DNA of 64,000 nucleotides from a phage: sequence record PZ445451.1. The stretch is one strand, 5' to 3'. Each line of letters begins with the position of its first letter. The stretch's first letter is position 1. The translations under genes and the position numbers were made by a program. Below the pieces are notes generated by a model that was not told the DNA's origin, did not search any database, and was given only the letters and a program-made list of their open reading frames with translations. This document shows, one piece after another, positions 45,272 to 52,629 of this stretch.

Positions 45272-45823
45272 ATGCAAAACACCGATCTGACTTGGATAGA
45301 AGCTAAAGAAGCCATGTTAAAAGGCAAACGCGTTAAACATAAATACTTTTGCGAAGGAGAATGGTTTGAAATGCGTAACCGATCCCTTGTAGATGAAAAA
45401 GGGAATGACATGGGACAATGGTTCAAAAATGAAATTTGGCAGGGAACAGGTTGGTCTATAGTTGAAGAGCAGCCTAGCCCAAGCGCACTGTTTAGCCCTA
45501 TTATGTATCGCGTTATCGGTGCTTTAGTTGTTGATCACGGGATTGCAGTGGAAAAAGAATGCTGGGAAGAGGTATCTTTTTTCAACCTGGCTTCTTATGC
45601 AAAAAGCCATATGCACTTGTTTGAAGAAGGGGATGAATTTGTTCTTCGTATGCGATATGGCAAAGAATTCAGATTACCACTTGATAATGATGTAGACACT
45701 GTTGTAAAATGGTTAGCAGAGCATTACGCTTACGATGCAATTTGTGGTCGCAGCTTCGGCAACGAACGCTGGGACATGATTTGTGAAAAATATGATTTTG
45801 AGCCGGAGTACGGAGTTTTATAA
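45272..45823 (+). CDS. DUF2829/Tad2-like N-terminal domain fused to an unknown C-terminal domain
   Basis: Start at ATG after GAGAGGAG; LTWIEAKEAMLKGKRVKHKYF...WQGTGWSIVEE recalled as matching the DUF2829 pattern. Confidence 0.4.
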   Translation: MQNTDLTWIEAKEAMLKGKRVKHKYFCEGEWFEMRNRSLVDEKGNDMGQWFKNEIWQGTGWSIVEEQPSPSALFSPIMYRVIGALVVDHGIAVEKECWEEVSFFNLASYAKSHMHLFEEGDEFVLRMRYGKEFRLPLDNDVDTVVKWLAEHYAYDAICGRSFGNERWDMICEKYDFEPEYGVL

Positions 45824-46074
45824 TGTTAAGTATCAAACCTAAAATGATAACAGCAGATGAAGCAGACTTTATTTTCAAATGTGGACGTGTATGGAGAGAA
45901 TTCACAAAAGGGAATGAAGTGGTGGTTGTTGTCGAACACAAGATATCTATCCAGGATCTGTTTGGACAATATGTTGATGTTATTAAATTAGGTATTGACA
46001 AGGGTTTAGTTGAGGTGTTAACATTAGATCAAGTTGAAGCAGAGCACCTCGATAAAGTGGTGGTTGAATTTTAA
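45823..46074 (+). CDS. Hypothetical small protein
   Basis: 83 aa ORF, start overlaps upstream stop. Confidence 0.4.
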   Translation: MLSIKPKMITADEADFIFKCGRVWREFTKGNEVVVVVEHKISIQDLFGQYVDVIKLGIDKGLVEVLTLDQVEAEHLDKVVVEF

Positions 46075-46094
46075 AATACAGACGGGAGAAAGGT

Positions 46095-46268
46095 ATGAGT
46101 TTCTTTGTTACAGTATTTATGGCTATCTGGATTGTAGTCTCACTCGTTCTTTTCCTGGTGGGTTGTCTGGAAGAGATTAAGAAAGCGGTTATTTGCGGTT
46201 TCTTTGGCTTTATTATCTCTCCTGCCTGGATGTGGTTCTTCATTATGATTGGTTTCCTTAAAAGGTAA
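46095..46268 (+). CDS. Small membrane protein (57 aa), not in ORF track
   Basis: Two hydrophobic helices. Confidence 0.4.
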   Translation: MSFFVTVFMAIWIVVSLVLFLVGCLEEIKKAVICGFFGFIISPAWMWFFIMIGFLKR

Positions 46269-46282
46269 GTGAGGAATAAAGA

Positions 46283-46720
46283 ATGAGTAAAACAAACGCA
46301 ATCGCAGATAAAGCAACGGATGTACTTCTGAACATGGTTAACGTCACTATTCAAACAATGAGTGATGTTGTGGAGTTTGGAAAACAACAAATTCCAGAAG
46401 TAATCCATCAATTATTAGTGTGGAAAGCAGTATCCGCAGGTTTATGGCAACTTTTTAGTATTTGCTTTATGCTTATTACTTTTATTGCTGTGCGGAACAT
46501 CGTAAAAGCAATTAAAGATAAAGAATGCCTGTGGTCACGAGATCGTTATGGTGAAGTATCTGCTTTACCTATTGTTGGTCTTGTTGTCTGTGCTTTCTTT
46601 TTCTTTTTAGGGTTTGTTATTTTCTTTTCGAATTTTGATTGGCTAAAAATCATTATTGCACCAAAAGTGTATCTGATTGAATTTGCTGCTGATTTAATTC
46701 GTTCATCTCAACAAAGATAA
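46283..46720 (+). CDS. Membrane protein, two transmembrane segments
   Basis: 145 aa with LWQLFSICFMLITFIAV and IVGLVVCAFFFFLGFVIFF hydrophobic segments. Confidence 0.5.
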   Translation: MSKTNAIADKATDVLLNMVNVTIQTMSDVVEFGKQQIPEVIHQLLVWKAVSAGLWQLFSICFMLITFIAVRNIVKAIKDKECLWSRDRYGEVSALPIVGLVVCAFFFFLGFVIFFSNFDWLKIIIAPKVYLIEFAADLIRSSQQR

Positions 46721-46732
46721 AAGGAGTTTAAA

Positions 46733-47860
46733 ATGAAATACACGATTTATGGTGATATTGTAAGTGTAAATAAAGATATGGGCGTGGAATCTAACTATCT
46801 TCCACCTGGATTCTATACTGTTAGTCGTGATCCCCTTGGCAATTATTTTTTAAGCCGTGGTAATCTGACAGGTGTACCGGATGTTCTGTATGGTGAAACA
46901 GAAAAACGAGCAAATCACGTTATTCGTACATTCCATCGCCGGAGTGCACAAGGTAAAAATACAGGCTTGCTTCTGACAGGAACTAAGGGCAGTGGTAAAA
47001 CTATGTTAGCCAAACTCATTAGTCGTGACCTTGTAGAAGAAGGTATTCCAACTATTATGGTTACTCAAGCCTACAGTGATGCTAATTTCATTGAACTTAT
47101 TAGCAAGATCACAGACAAAGCAGTCATTATTTTTGACGAGTTTGATAAAGTATATGAGAAGAAACAAGATCAAGAAGCACTTCTCACTTTATTAGATGGT
47201 ACTGGCAGTGGTAATAAACTGTTTATTCTGACTAAAAACAGTGGTTTTATCTCTGAATTCTTTTTAAATCGTCCTAGTCGTGTGTTTTATAATTTTAATT
47301 ATGATAAAATCTCACTAGAAACTATGATTGACTATTTAGATAAAAACCTGGATAACAAAGCACACTTTGATAATTTCCAAAGACTTTGGGATGTAAGTTT
47401 AGAGTTGTCCTTTGATGTGATCCAAGGTATAGTAGAAGAACTTAATTTCTATCCTGATTTATCCTTTAAAGAATGCATCTCTATGATGGGCGTTTCTTTG
47501 GGTGGTGGTAATAAATGGGATATCAGCAGCGTTGTTATTAATGGAAAACTTCAGAAAGTTAGCTGGGTATCTAGTTGGCATAACTTCACACCTGCAATCT
47601 TTTTAGGTGGTTCGTGCACACTAGACGTGTACTTGTCATCTCCAAGTGATGCAGACTCTAAAGAAGCCCTTGCTAATAGCTCTTACGTGGTTTTTGATGA
47701 TGAAGGCGATGCTCGAATTCCATTGAATGCGACAAAAATGAAAGCAGATCTTATTACAGGCGGTAAAATAGTTGTGTTTAGTGATGATCCAGAAGATTCT
47801 TTCCGTATTGTTCTGGAACCAACTATCACCAATGGTGCAACTTTGGCAAGTGTGTTTTAA
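46733..47860 (+). CDS. P-loop NTPase (AAA-like), paralog of 29835-30995
   Basis: Walker A GTKGSGKT, Walker B IIFDEFDK, LLTLLDG and NRPSRVFY blocks shared with the minus-strand paralog. Confidence 0.6.
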   Translation: MKYTIYGDIVSVNKDMGVESNYLPPGFYTVSRDPLGNYFLSRGNLTGVPDVLYGETEKRANHVIRTFHRRSAQGKNTGLLLTGTKGSGKTMLAKLISRDLVEEGIPTIMVTQAYSDANFIELISKITDKAVIIFDEFDKVYEKKQDQEALLTLLDGTGSGNKLFILTKNSGFISEFFLNRPSRVFYNFNYDKISLETMIDYLDKNLDNKAHFDNFQRLWDVSLELSFDVIQGIVEELNFYPDLSFKECISMMGVSLGGGNKWDISSVVINGKLQKVSWVSSWHNFTPAIFLGGSCTLDVYLSSPSDADSKEALANSSYVVFDDEGDARIPLNATKMKADLITGGKIVVFSDDPEDSFRIVLEPTITNGATLASVF

Positions 47861-47875
47861 GTAAGCCAGCAAATA

Positions 47876-47900
47876 AAAACCCGCTTCGGCGGGTTTTCTT
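47876..47900 (+). terminator. Rho-independent terminator AAAACCCGC-TTCG-GCGGGTTTT
   Basis: 9 bp stem with TTCG loop followed by T run. Confidence 0.6.
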
Positions 47901-47934
47901 GTATTAATACCAGATTTAATAAGAGGAGTAATAG

Positions 47935-49338
47935 ATGACAGCACCAAAATCATGGGAACAATATAAAGAAGAATTAACACCCCTTGCTAAAAATCACAAT
48001 ATTCAAATCCTGGGTTATGTTGGGGAATGGAAAGGGAGCAAGACTAAACTTAAACTATCTTGCCCTGATCATGGAGAGTGGGAAAGTACCACAATCGCTA
48101 AATTTAAAACTAAAGGCAGTAAATGTTGCCCCGATTGCAATGGTCGTAGAAAAGTAACAGAAGAAAAGGAATGTATTTCCCTTGTTGATATTGCTAAAGA
48201 AAGAGGGTTTACTTTTATAGGTCTTGCCGAGGAGTGGCGAGGTGTGCGAACAAAAATTCGCATAGTTTGCCCTAAACATGGAGAGTGGAACACCACGCAC
48301 ATTATTGATTTTAGGAATGGACGTGGTTGTCCTATCTGTTCTGGTAAGAAGCCGTTAACATGGGAAACAGAATTACCGATCTTGGCAGAGATAGCACAGA
48401 AGAAGGGGTATCAGGTGTTAGGGTACGTTGGAAAATGGAAAGGGTGTTACACAAAACTTGATTTGTTGTGTCATTGTGGGAACAGATGGGATACTACAAG
48501 TATTAACAGTTTTAAAAATGGCAATGGTTGTCCTTTATGTAGGAGGGAGAATATAAGGAAGGCAAAAACAATATCCGACGATCAACATATTGCAGATTTC
48601 TTTTCTACAGGGAAATTTAAGGAAGGCACTATCTTCACCAATACAGGGAAACGTAGTTGTAGTAAATCAGGAGATATTATCTGGATGATCGAGTGTCCTG
48701 TTTGCTCCCATGATGAATATGTTCAAGCAGGTGTTTGCGATGGTAAATTTTACTCTAGAGGAAGTGATCTTAAACAAGGAAGTATCCCTTGCCGCTGTGC
48801 AACTAGCTATCATTATACAGAAAATCAGATTACCTACAAAGTGAGAAAGGAAATAGAAAAGAAAGGGTATGTCTGGGTAGATTGGATTACCAAACCATCT
48901 TCTATAGGTAAGTTTAAATATCTTTGTCTTGTACATGGGGAGCAGATAGGGAGTGCTCGTAACTTATTAACTCAAGGGTGTGGGTGTTCACAGTGTGCTG
49001 GTCATAGTCAACAGCAATTATATATTAATATTGTTAAAGATAATGATATTACAGTTGCTCTTAAGTTTGGCATAGCTAAAGATAGTGACAGGCGATTAAA
49101 CAGTCAAAATAGCCGTAATCTGTTTTTTATGGAGCGTATTTGTTTATATGATTTTAGTACAGTGAAACAGTGTAAGGCTGCTGAAAGAGCTATAAAGAAA
49201 AAATTAAAAACTGGTATCTTAACAGCAAGAGAGTTGAAAGATGGTTATACAGAAACAGTAAGTGTTTCTGATTTGGAAAATCTTCAAAAAATTATTACAC
49301 AATATGGTGGCAAATTAGTATACAGTAAGGAGATGTAA
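47935..49338 (+). CDS. Tandem zinc-ribbon repeat protein with C-terminal T5orf172/GIY-YIG-like domain
   Basis: At least four repeats of CPxHGEW...F(K/R)xGxGCPxC; C-terminus QQQLYINIVKDNDITVALKFGIAKDSDRRLNSQNSRNL resembles T5orf172-type domain. Confidence 0.45.
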   Translation: MTAPKSWEQYKEELTPLAKNHNIQILGYVGEWKGSKTKLKLSCPDHGEWESTTIAKFKTKGSKCCPDCNGRRKVTEEKECISLVDIAKERGFTFIGLAEEWRGVRTKIRIVCPKHGEWNTTHIIDFRNGRGCPICSGKKPLTWETELPILAEIAQKKGYQVLGYVGKWKGCYTKLDLLCHCGNRWDTTSINSFKNGNGCPLCRRENIRKAKTISDDQHIADFFSTGKFKEGTIFTNTGKRSCSKSGDIIWMIECPVCSHDEYVQAGVCDGKFYSRGSDLKQGSIPCRCATSYHYTENQITYKVRKEIEKKGYVWVDWITKPSSIGKFKYLCLVHGEQIGSARNLLTQGCGCSQCAGHSQQQLYINIVKDNDITVALKFGIAKDSDRRLNSQNSRNLFFMERICLYDFSTVKQCKAAERAIKKKLKTGILTARELKDGYTETVSVSDLENLQKIITQYGGKLVYSKEM

Positions 49339-49890
49339 ATGCGGATTACTGATAAGTATGTGTTCTTCTTTTCAGCAAAAGATGAATTTAGCAACTGGTA
49401 TCTATCATCTTTTATTGAACCTTTAGCACCCAAGTATAATAATTCTATTACAAGTTCTGTTGAATTTACTTGTGTGGAACAATATATGATGTGGAGAAAA
49501 GCATGTTTGTTTTATGATTACAGTATTGCATCTTCTATTTTAACCGGAGATCTAAGATATACAGGAGAAAAAGAACAAGCATATTATAAGCGACTAGGCA
49601 GATTAGTTAAAGATTATGATGAAGATACCTGGACTTCTTTACGGGAGAAGATTGTCAAACGTGGTTTGTATCTTAAATACACACAAAATGAAGATCTCAA
49701 AAATAAACTTATAGCCTACGCAGATAAGGAGTTCGTAGAGGCAAGCCCCTATGATTCTATTTATGGTATCAAAATGGGGATGTGGGATCGTGATGTGGAA
49801 AATAAGGACTGTTGGAAAGGACAAAATCTTTTAGGAAAATGGCATACAGACCTTGCTGTTTATCTAAAAACACAATCTGATATTTCCTGA
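49339..49890 (+). CDS. NADAR (YbiA-like) domain protein
   Basis: FFFSAKDEFSNWY, CVEQYMMWRKACLF and DSIYGIK...GQNLLGKWHTDL align with the conserved YbiA blocks. Confidence 0.6.
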   Translation: MRITDKYVFFFSAKDEFSNWYLSSFIEPLAPKYNNSITSSVEFTCVEQYMMWRKACLFYDYSIASSILTGDLRYTGEKEQAYYKRLGRLVKDYDEDTWTSLREKIVKRGLYLKYTQNEDLKNKLIAYADKEFVEASPYDSIYGIKMGMWDRDVENKDCWKGQNLLGKWHTDLAVYLKTQSDIS

Positions 49891-50103
49891 TATTTTGAAA
49901 ATTTTTATTTTTATAAAAAGGGGTGTGGGTTTCATGTACGGAAATTCACCCTCTGCACAGTATATCCAGAGTAAGTAGTATTCTACACCCTGTTAATAAA
50001 GTATTTAATTTGTTTGTTGGACTATGGTATCTGATCTTTAAAAGGCATACTATCTCTTAACTACTACTTATAACAAAACAGTAAAATCATTTTTATAAAA
50101 AGG

Positions 50104-50310
50104 ACAAAATTATTTAAAGTTTTTACAGATTTTTGGATACAAATTTTGAAAATGAAAAGTTCAAGTTTGGTCAAAATTATTTAAAGTTTTTGTACGTATT
50201 TCTATCCAGATTTTGAAAATGAAAACTTCAATTTTTTAAAAATTCCCCAGTTTATTTAAAGTTTTTTTGCCTTTTTCCGTAGAAAAATCAAAAATGAAAA
50301 GTTCAATTTC
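50104..50310. repeat. Three AT-rich tandem repeat units of about 65-80 bp
   Basis: Each unit has TATTTAAAGTTTTT (50112, 50177, 50253) and TTTTGAAAATGAAAA(G/C)TTCAA (50144, 50211, about 50290); the latter holds the inverted pair TTGAA...TTCAA. Confidence 0.6.
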
Positions 50311-50326
50311 GTGTTTTTATAGGTGT

Positions 50327-50445
50327 GCGTATGATAATCATTCTCATTTGTAAATGAGAATCATTATCATTTAATTATGTAAGTGATAATCATTCTCAGT
50401 AAGAGAATGAGAATCATTAGCAAATGAGAATTTTTCTCATTTAGA
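50327..50445. promoter_or_regulatory. Cluster of Fur-box-like palindromes
   Basis: GTATGATAATCATTCTCATTT-GTA-AATGAGAATCATTATC near-perfect palindrome; GATAATCATTCTCA...GAGAATGAGAATCATTA; AATGAGAA-TTT-TTCTCATT; 13-15 of 19 identity to GATAATGATAATCATTATC. Confidence 0.45.
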
Positions 50446-50703
50446 GAATAACGCGCAGGGGCGGTGTTTGTCTCGCGCTCCCGTGTCCCCTCGCCATACA
50501 ATAAGAATAGCATAACCAACAACAAAAGCAAGCGATTATTTTTATCTTTACATTTCTTTACAAATTTATTTTAGACGAGCTACCGGCGATCAACCTTCCA
50601 ACCAGTGCCCCCTGGTATGTTAGCCCCGCCTTTACGCCGTGGGGGTGGCGTTTCCTCTTCTGTATGTAAAACAGTATAAGCCCGATCCCTGGGCTTGTCA
50701 AGA

Positions 50704-50970
50704 TTATTTTTTGTTTTCTTGCCAGGAAAGGACACCTAACCAAAAATACATATCGCCCCGCGCCCCTGGCGGGATCTTGCTTTCCCCGCCGCCACTGCAA
50801 GCCCATAAATAACCATCAGCGAACGGATCAAAATGTTCTATCTCTTCCACCTTATGATCGCCCAGGTTGAGAACGGTTTCAATCTTTAAGCCCGTTGCGC
50901 TTGCTACCTGGTGCACCGTGCCGCCTTGCCAGCCCAATGAGTGCATGAGATGTAAAGGAGTATTTGTCAT
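50704..50970 (-). CDS. Hypothetical protein inside GC-rich island (possible moron)
   Basis: 88 aa minus-strand ORF with RBS-like AAAGAAAGGG; surrounding 0.6 kb is visibly more GC-rich than flanks. Confidence 0.4.
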   Translation of the reverse strand: MTNTPLHLMHSLGWQGGTVHQVASATGLKIETVLNLGDHKVEEIEHFDPFADGYLWACSGGGESKIPPGARGDMYFWLGVLSWQENKK

Positions 50971-51078
50971 GGTATCGCCCTTTCTTTGATGTGCGCCCTG
51001 GTTGGCGCGGTAGAAAGATAATAGCCGTTTCCTTTATAGATAGCAAGCAAAAAAGAAATGAAAAAAGATTAAAAATGG

Positions 51079-51107
51079 TTGACGTTACCAGGATAATAAC
51101 ATATTAT
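51079..51107 (+). promoter_or_regulatory. sigma70-like promoter TTGACG-17-TATTAT
   Basis: Good -35/-10 match with 17 bp spacer upstream of the early gene array. Confidence 0.45.
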
Positions 51108-51234
51108 TCATCTTGTCGAGGGGGGCAAGGCACAACGACAATAAATAAAAGGCGGGTGCAATGCAGGACGGGCAAAGGTGAGGATCTCCATAATCCACCG
51201 TCACAATAACATTACTTATAAAAGGTTGATAACG

Positions 51235-51330
51235 ATGATCAAGAAAGAAAACAGCTTGACGGTTGGAACGATTAACGCTATCATTCTAGCCGTTCCATTT
51301 TGGATTGTAGTAGCGGTTGTTATTTTCTAA
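51235..51330 (+). CDS. Small hydrophobic peptide (31 aa), not in ORF track
   Basis: MIKKENSLTVGTINAIILAVPFWIVVAVVIF, one transmembrane helix. Confidence 0.35.
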   Translation: MIKKENSLTVGTINAIILAVPFWIVVAVVIF

Positions 51331-51339
51331 AAAATATTC

Positions 51340-51395
51340 TTGACAACGTTTTTTAATCTGATAAGATGTATCACATAGGGCGGCAATAGTGCCGC
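51340..51395 (+). promoter_or_regulatory. Promoter plus 5' stem-loop unit (PeSL-like)
   Basis: TTGACA 51340-51345, 16 bp spacer, TAAGAT, then CACATAGGGCGGCAATAGTGCCGC hairpin at predicted transcript 5' end. Confidence 0.65.
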
Positions 51396-51419
51396 TCATA
51401 ACAGAAGAGAGAAATAATC

Positions 51420-51692
51420 ATGGCATCATATAGCGCATCAATGATCGTAACGGGCATGACTGGTAAACCTATGCGCGGTGGCGGATCTTTCGCTAACATC
51501 AATATTGATGGGCGTTTATCCCTGGATGCAGCGATCACCGTGGCACGGGAAACATTTAAAAAAGAATGTAATTTCAATAAACAAGATTATCTCGGCTTCG
51601 TTATTGAAAAAACAGCGCGCTTTGTTGATTATAAAAGCCCGAAAATGATCGACACTACACTAAAAGCGCAAGATGTAGCATTTTTGCTTTAA
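51420..51692 (+). CDS. Early protein, unknown function
   Basis: 90 aa ORF downstream of PeSL unit with A/G-rich RBS. Confidence 0.55.
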   Translation: MASYSASMIVTGMTGKPMRGGGSFANINIDGRLSLDAAITVARETFKKECNFNKQDYLGFVIEKTARFVDYKSPKMIDTTLKAQDVAFLL

Positions 51693-51695
51693 GGC

Positions 51696-51755
51696 TTGAC
51701 ACTGAAAAATAATTTAGTAATATATACCACATAGGGCGGGAAATGGTTTCCCGCC
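51696..51755 (+). promoter_or_regulatory. Promoter plus 5' stem-loop unit (PeSL-like)
   Basis: TTGACA 51696-51701, 16 bp, TAATAT, then CACATAGGGCGGGAAATGGTTTCCCGCC hairpin 51735-51755. Confidence 0.7.
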
Positions 51756-51777
51756 AAATCAAAGAAAGGGTAACACA

Positions 51778-52140
51778 ATGAGCAAGCAAATCAATACTAT
51801 CATGTTAAACCTGGTATCTTTCCGCGATGACGTGAAAAATCTTTCGCGTGATGCAGTGGATGCACGGATCGAAAGCTATCGCACACAGATCGCAACATTA
51901 CCGTTAAAACGTGATCAACATGCCGCTAATATGATGCTTGGTGCTATGATTAAAAAGATGATTCAGTGTGATCTTACCCTGGCTTATGAATATGCTGGCG
52001 ATCTCTTTGTAACGTATAATAAGCCCGTTCCAGGTATGAGCACCACGGAAGAATTGCATGCCTTAAATTTGCGACAAGATGCATGGGATAACATGCGCCG
52101 TGTTATGGTATGGGCCGAAAGCGGTAAAATTTACGAATAA
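51778..52140 (+). CDS. Early protein, unknown function
   Basis: 120 aa ORF, RBS AAAGAAAGGG. Confidence 0.55.
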   Translation: MSKQINTIMLNLVSFRDDVKNLSRDAVDARIESYRTQIATLPLKRDQHAANMMLGAMIKKMIQCDLTLAYEYAGDLFVTYNKPVPGMSTTEELHALNLRQDAWDNMRRVMVWAESGKIYE

Positions 52141-52146
52141 AAACGG

Positions 52147-52200
52147 TTGACATTGCACTAAAACCTGATAAGCTATCTTAAAGCGGGAATTGTTCCCGCT
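52147..52200 (+). promoter_or_regulatory. Promoter plus 5' stem-loop unit (PeSL-like)
   Basis: TTGACA 52147-52152, TAAGCT -10, hairpin AGCGGGAA-TTG-TTCCCGCT 52182-52200. Confidence 0.6.
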
Positions 52201-52218
52201 TACATAGGATAAAACTTT

Positions 52219-52365
52219 ATGAAACAATATGTAATGAGTATCCACACCAAAAACGGCGCTACTGTTACGACTCCGGCACGGTTTGCACTTGTAAACCGTT
52301 GCAAGAGACTAAAACGAGAGTTAAAAAATAACCGTGCAACGGGCTTTAAACGCTGGGGAGGATAA
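52219..52365 (+). CDS. Small basic ORF (48 aa), not in ORF track
   Basis: MKQYVMSIHTKNGATVTT...RWGG; its last codons contain GGAGG 6 nt before the TTG start of the next ORF. Confidence 0.4.
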   Translation: MKQYVMSIHTKNGATVTTPARFALVNRCKRLKRELKNNRATGFKRWGG

Positions 52366-52367
52366 TC

Positions 52368-52628
52368 TTGTTTTTTCTAAAAGTTTGTGATAATGTGATC
52401 GCTTTTGAACATGCTACAACGTTCGACCTGGCGAGATACGCTATCAGGTTTAAAGATAATGTTTATCCCCGTGCTGGCGGCGGTTACACTATTTTTAATC
52501 ACCGTAACGCTCAATTAACGGATATAACTAATCCAGATCCTGGAGTGTATCGGATAGGCTGGCTACCGTCAAAAGACGCTGCAAGCATGTTTAAGGTGTG
52601 TAAACTACTAACAGAAGAGGCGAACTAA
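52368..52628 (+). CDS. Early protein, TTG start, translationally coupled
   Basis: 86 aa frame with no in-frame ATG near 5' end; GGAGG 6 nt upstream of TTG. Confidence 0.45.
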   Translation: MFFLKVCDNVIAFEHATTFDLARYAIRFKDNVYPRAGGGYTIFNHRNAQLTDITNPDPGVYRIGWLPSKDAASMFKVCKLLTEEAN

Positions 52629-52629
52629 C

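Noticed and set aside
45823-46074. Second DUF2829-like gene directly after the Tad2-like gene
   Set aside because: Only a vague resemblance (ADEADFIFKCGRVWREF); too weak to call without a profile search.
49891-50320. tRNA or other structured RNA genes in the non-coding gaps (49.9-50.5 kb, 59.7-60.1 kb, 60.9-62.7 kb)
   Set aside because: No GTTCGAATC-type T-loop with matching acceptor stem found by eye; cannot exclude without tRNAscan or a covariance-model search, so none reported.
50558-51209. ORFs 50558-50806 (minus) and 50964-51209 (plus) in the GC-rich island
   Set aside because: The first overlaps the better-supported 50704-50970 ORF in another frame; the second is antisense to it and runs through the promoter region; neither has a convincing RBS.
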